Source: Adineta vaga (taxonomy: Eukaryota > Animalia > Rotifera). Taken from it: a stretch of 64,000 bases of DNA. Below the pieces are notes generated by a model. The model worked only from the letters and a program-made list of their open reading frames with translations. It did not search any database and was not told the DNA's origin. A program made the position numbers and the translations under genes. Position 1 is the first letter of the stretch. Each line of letters starts with the position of its first letter. The stretch spans positions 13,516,001 through 13,580,000 of the forward strand of contig CP075493.1 of the NCBI GenBank assembly GCA_021613535.1, in the 5' to 3' direction. Of the stretch, positions 62,235 through 64,000 are shown piece by piece.

Positions 62235-63262
62235 TCAAATTGTAGGCACTATGCGATTTGGTTTGAAGACAAAACAACATAGATGTCGTTTAACTTGTTG
62301 ACGAAATCGATTTGAAACGATCAAAAATACGTAGAACGTACTCTTAGATCAAAATCAAATATTGTTATGAGATTCATAAAGGGAAACATATTCAACTTAC
62401 TCCAGCTCCAAAAACATTGTTAAAATTGATAATATTGTTAACCAAATATTCAATGCTTCTCTGCTCTTGACTTTTCATCACAGAAGCTGATGCTAATGAA
62501 TATGCATAAAAAATTGCATACGGCACAACATAACCAATGTTCAATGCGATTTCTCCACAAATCATATAAGTAAGTTGTCGATCAGCACTTTGTAATTGAC
62601 GCATGTTTCCTAAGGCCTTCATATTTCGATATCCAAGTGTACCAAATATAATCATCATGGTAACTGGAAGTATTATGTAAAAACCCCAAAGGCCAACATA
62701 AGCAAGATAAAGTTGCCAGAATTTATCATAGATGTTACATATATTCGAACTACATATAACCAAAAAAGAATGATCTACAATGGAATAGAATTTCAACGAA
62801 CCGTAGATCAGCATAGAAGAGAAATGGTATGCTTTGAGCTATCCAGAAAATAGCTACACCACCAGCAATACAATAAGCGCCTTTAATGTTACTGAATCGA
62901 CGTAGACGAGCAGAACGTGATGTCATGAAAAACTGATCAACAGTGGCTAACCATTGACATGTTAATGATATACCAGCAACAGCGAAAATAGTAGCATATT
63001 TAATTTTGCACCAAGCAACTGATTCACCACTAAGATCTCTGTCAAAACCCGTTGCAAGAATACGCATCAATGTCGCAAAAAACAAGTGAATACTGTGCAT
63101 AATTGCTGCTATGATTAGAAAGAATGTGCATGGTTTAGTACGATATGAACGATCAGCTGTAAATACAATGGTATTCATTATACAATCAAATAAACTCATG
63201 CAAAATAAAAGAGTGCCTGCATAGCACGCATACATTTGAGTGATGAATATCCATGTTGCCAT
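62235..63262 (-). CDS. Orphan rhodopsin-like 7TM receptor; introns 62801-62750 and 62400-62343
   Basis: YRTKPCTFF, WCKIK, LATVDQF, DRQL, STFYVFLIVSNRFRQQV; exons join in frame. Confidence 0.85.
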
Positions 63263-64000
63263 TGTATGTACTCCGATGCTTCTATATGTGAATATAGTAG
63301 GGTTATAAAGATGTTCTTTCTACTTTCTCTAAAAATAAAGTGGAGAAAAGAACGATGCATTAAGTAAATAAAATGAAAAAAACTGTTATACTCAACAGAG
63401 AGACAATCTAACAAGAGACCATATGTGGATTTATCTAACGACACATAAGTCGATAAATTATTTTACATGATAGTTTATCAAATTCAAAGATTTTCTCCCG
63501 TCAACGGCGATTAAGAGAAAAATCCTTCTGACGAGCTCAACGTATGTTTAGTTCTCTATTCTCCTTTTGAAAACCTAACAATTTTGAATATATTTTGATC
63601 CAAGTCATGAAGAAGATGTTTCATTTTCTTTTGGATAAAAAAATTTTCACTTTACTATGTATATGTGAGAGATTAGAACTGAAAGGTATTAAGAAGAACA
63701 CCAGAATAAAAAAAATTATATCAGATAATTAAATATTATATTTCTAAAAAATTGTTATAACACAAACTTCAAACATTTGAGCTATTAAGCCGCTGTGATG
63801 ATTTTAAAGAGGAACATTAATGATAAAAACAAAAAAAAATTATGTCATGAAAATTCATTGTATAAACTTTTTTTAATATAACATATTTTATGTTATCAAT
63901 TGTTGATTCAATAACCTAGGACTTCTAGAAGTTTTATTACGTCAATATATCAAGCGAAAAGATGCGATTAATGTTGATACGTATCAATATGTCACGAATA

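Noticed and set aside
62750-62814. Apparent frameshift between overlapping ORFs of the last GPCR
   Set aside because: Explained by a 52-bp GTTCGT...TAG intron (62801-62750).
1-64000. Bacterial origin, contamination, or a CRISPR array
   Set aside because: Bacterial-type genes carry spliceosomal introns and are interleaved with animal genes; no regularly spaced repeat-spacer array was seen.

Overview
AT-rich eukaryotic genomic DNA, gene-dense, with short (mostly ~45-65 bp) GT-AG introns. The gene repertoire (NHL-repeat proteins, many orphan rhodopsin-like 7TM receptors, F-box/LRR and TLDc proteins, many enzymes of bacterial or fungal type carrying spliceosomal introns) and the (TGTGGG)n repeats point to a bdelloid rotifer (Adineta/Rotaria-like); this is an inference. 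About 28 genes or gene fragments can be reconstructed. Native-type genes: SK K+ channel, Rh ammonium transporter, STRA6-like tail, GPCRs, NHL proteins. Probable horizontally acquired genes: M28 aminopeptidase, a ~3,160-codon DUF6606-DUF3638-DUF3645 SecA-like ATPase, bacterial-type FMO, fungal-type ABM protein (missed by the ORF track), GH3 BglX, GT15, NADAR/YbiA, FAD monooxygenase. Most notable observations: (1) three AIG1/GIMAP-like GTPases, each with a near-identical splice acceptor 14-15 nt before the ATG but only one clear upstream donor, suggesting a shared-leader or operon-like cassette; (2) a dispersed family of short hairpins with telomere-like repeat arms, mostly just downstream of genes; (3) a stand-alone dynein microtubule-binding-domain gene; (4) the giant ATPase ORF split by one TAA in a CAA-TAA-CAA context; (5) single-base deletions in three otherwise recognisable genes; (6) a 257-bp identical tract between two diverged GPCR paralogs. 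All family assignments come from motif recognition by eye, not database searches.
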